Origin: Octopus bimaculoides
Taxonomy: Eukaryota
NCBI RefSeq assembly: GCF_001194135.2
Contig: NC_068998.1
Coordinates: 55,055,791-55,104,571 of the forward strand
Direction of reading: 5' to 3'
DNA length: 48,781 nt
Shown: one piece after another, positions 48,737-48,781 of the stretch
Layout of the letters: each line of letters starts with the position of its first letter
Position numbering within the stretch: the first letter of the stretch is position 1
Made by a program: the position numbers and the translations under genes
The notes under the pieces: generated by a model
The model's database searches: none
What the model was told of the DNA's origin: nothing
What the model saw: only the letters and a program-made list of their open reading frames with translations

Positions 48737-48781
<45 letters not shown>
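48370..48781. repeat. Compound (TA)n/(TATG)n microsatellite array
   Basis: About 410 bp of alternating pyrimidine-purine sequence running to the window end. Confidence 0.95.

Overview
AT-rich, microsatellite-rich animal genomic DNA with seven N gaps, most flanked by (TA)n. The Gαq N-terminus and the repeat content point to a coleoid cephalopod, probably an Octopus short-read assembly (inference). One gene is identified with confidence: the first coding exon of the G-protein alpha q subunit at 41188-41305 (+), [40 protein letters not shown]. It ends at the conserved phase-1 intron, and exon 2 lies beyond the window. Most of the rest is non-coding and carries many tRNA-derived SINE copies, 5'-truncated RTE-clade LINE fragments from at least two lineages, and a mariner transposase remnant. 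Three CpG-retaining, promoter-like regions occur at ~14.7-16.5 kb, ~23.8-25.1 kb and ~38.9-43.2 kb. There is a plausible unidentified minus-strand gene start at 23890 and several low-confidence candidate exons at 2-7 kb. I found no convincing new biological system. The best leads are inverted retroelement pairs that could form dsRNA, modular SINE architecture, a PHD-like finger inside an RTE ORF2, and the orphan promoters and exons.
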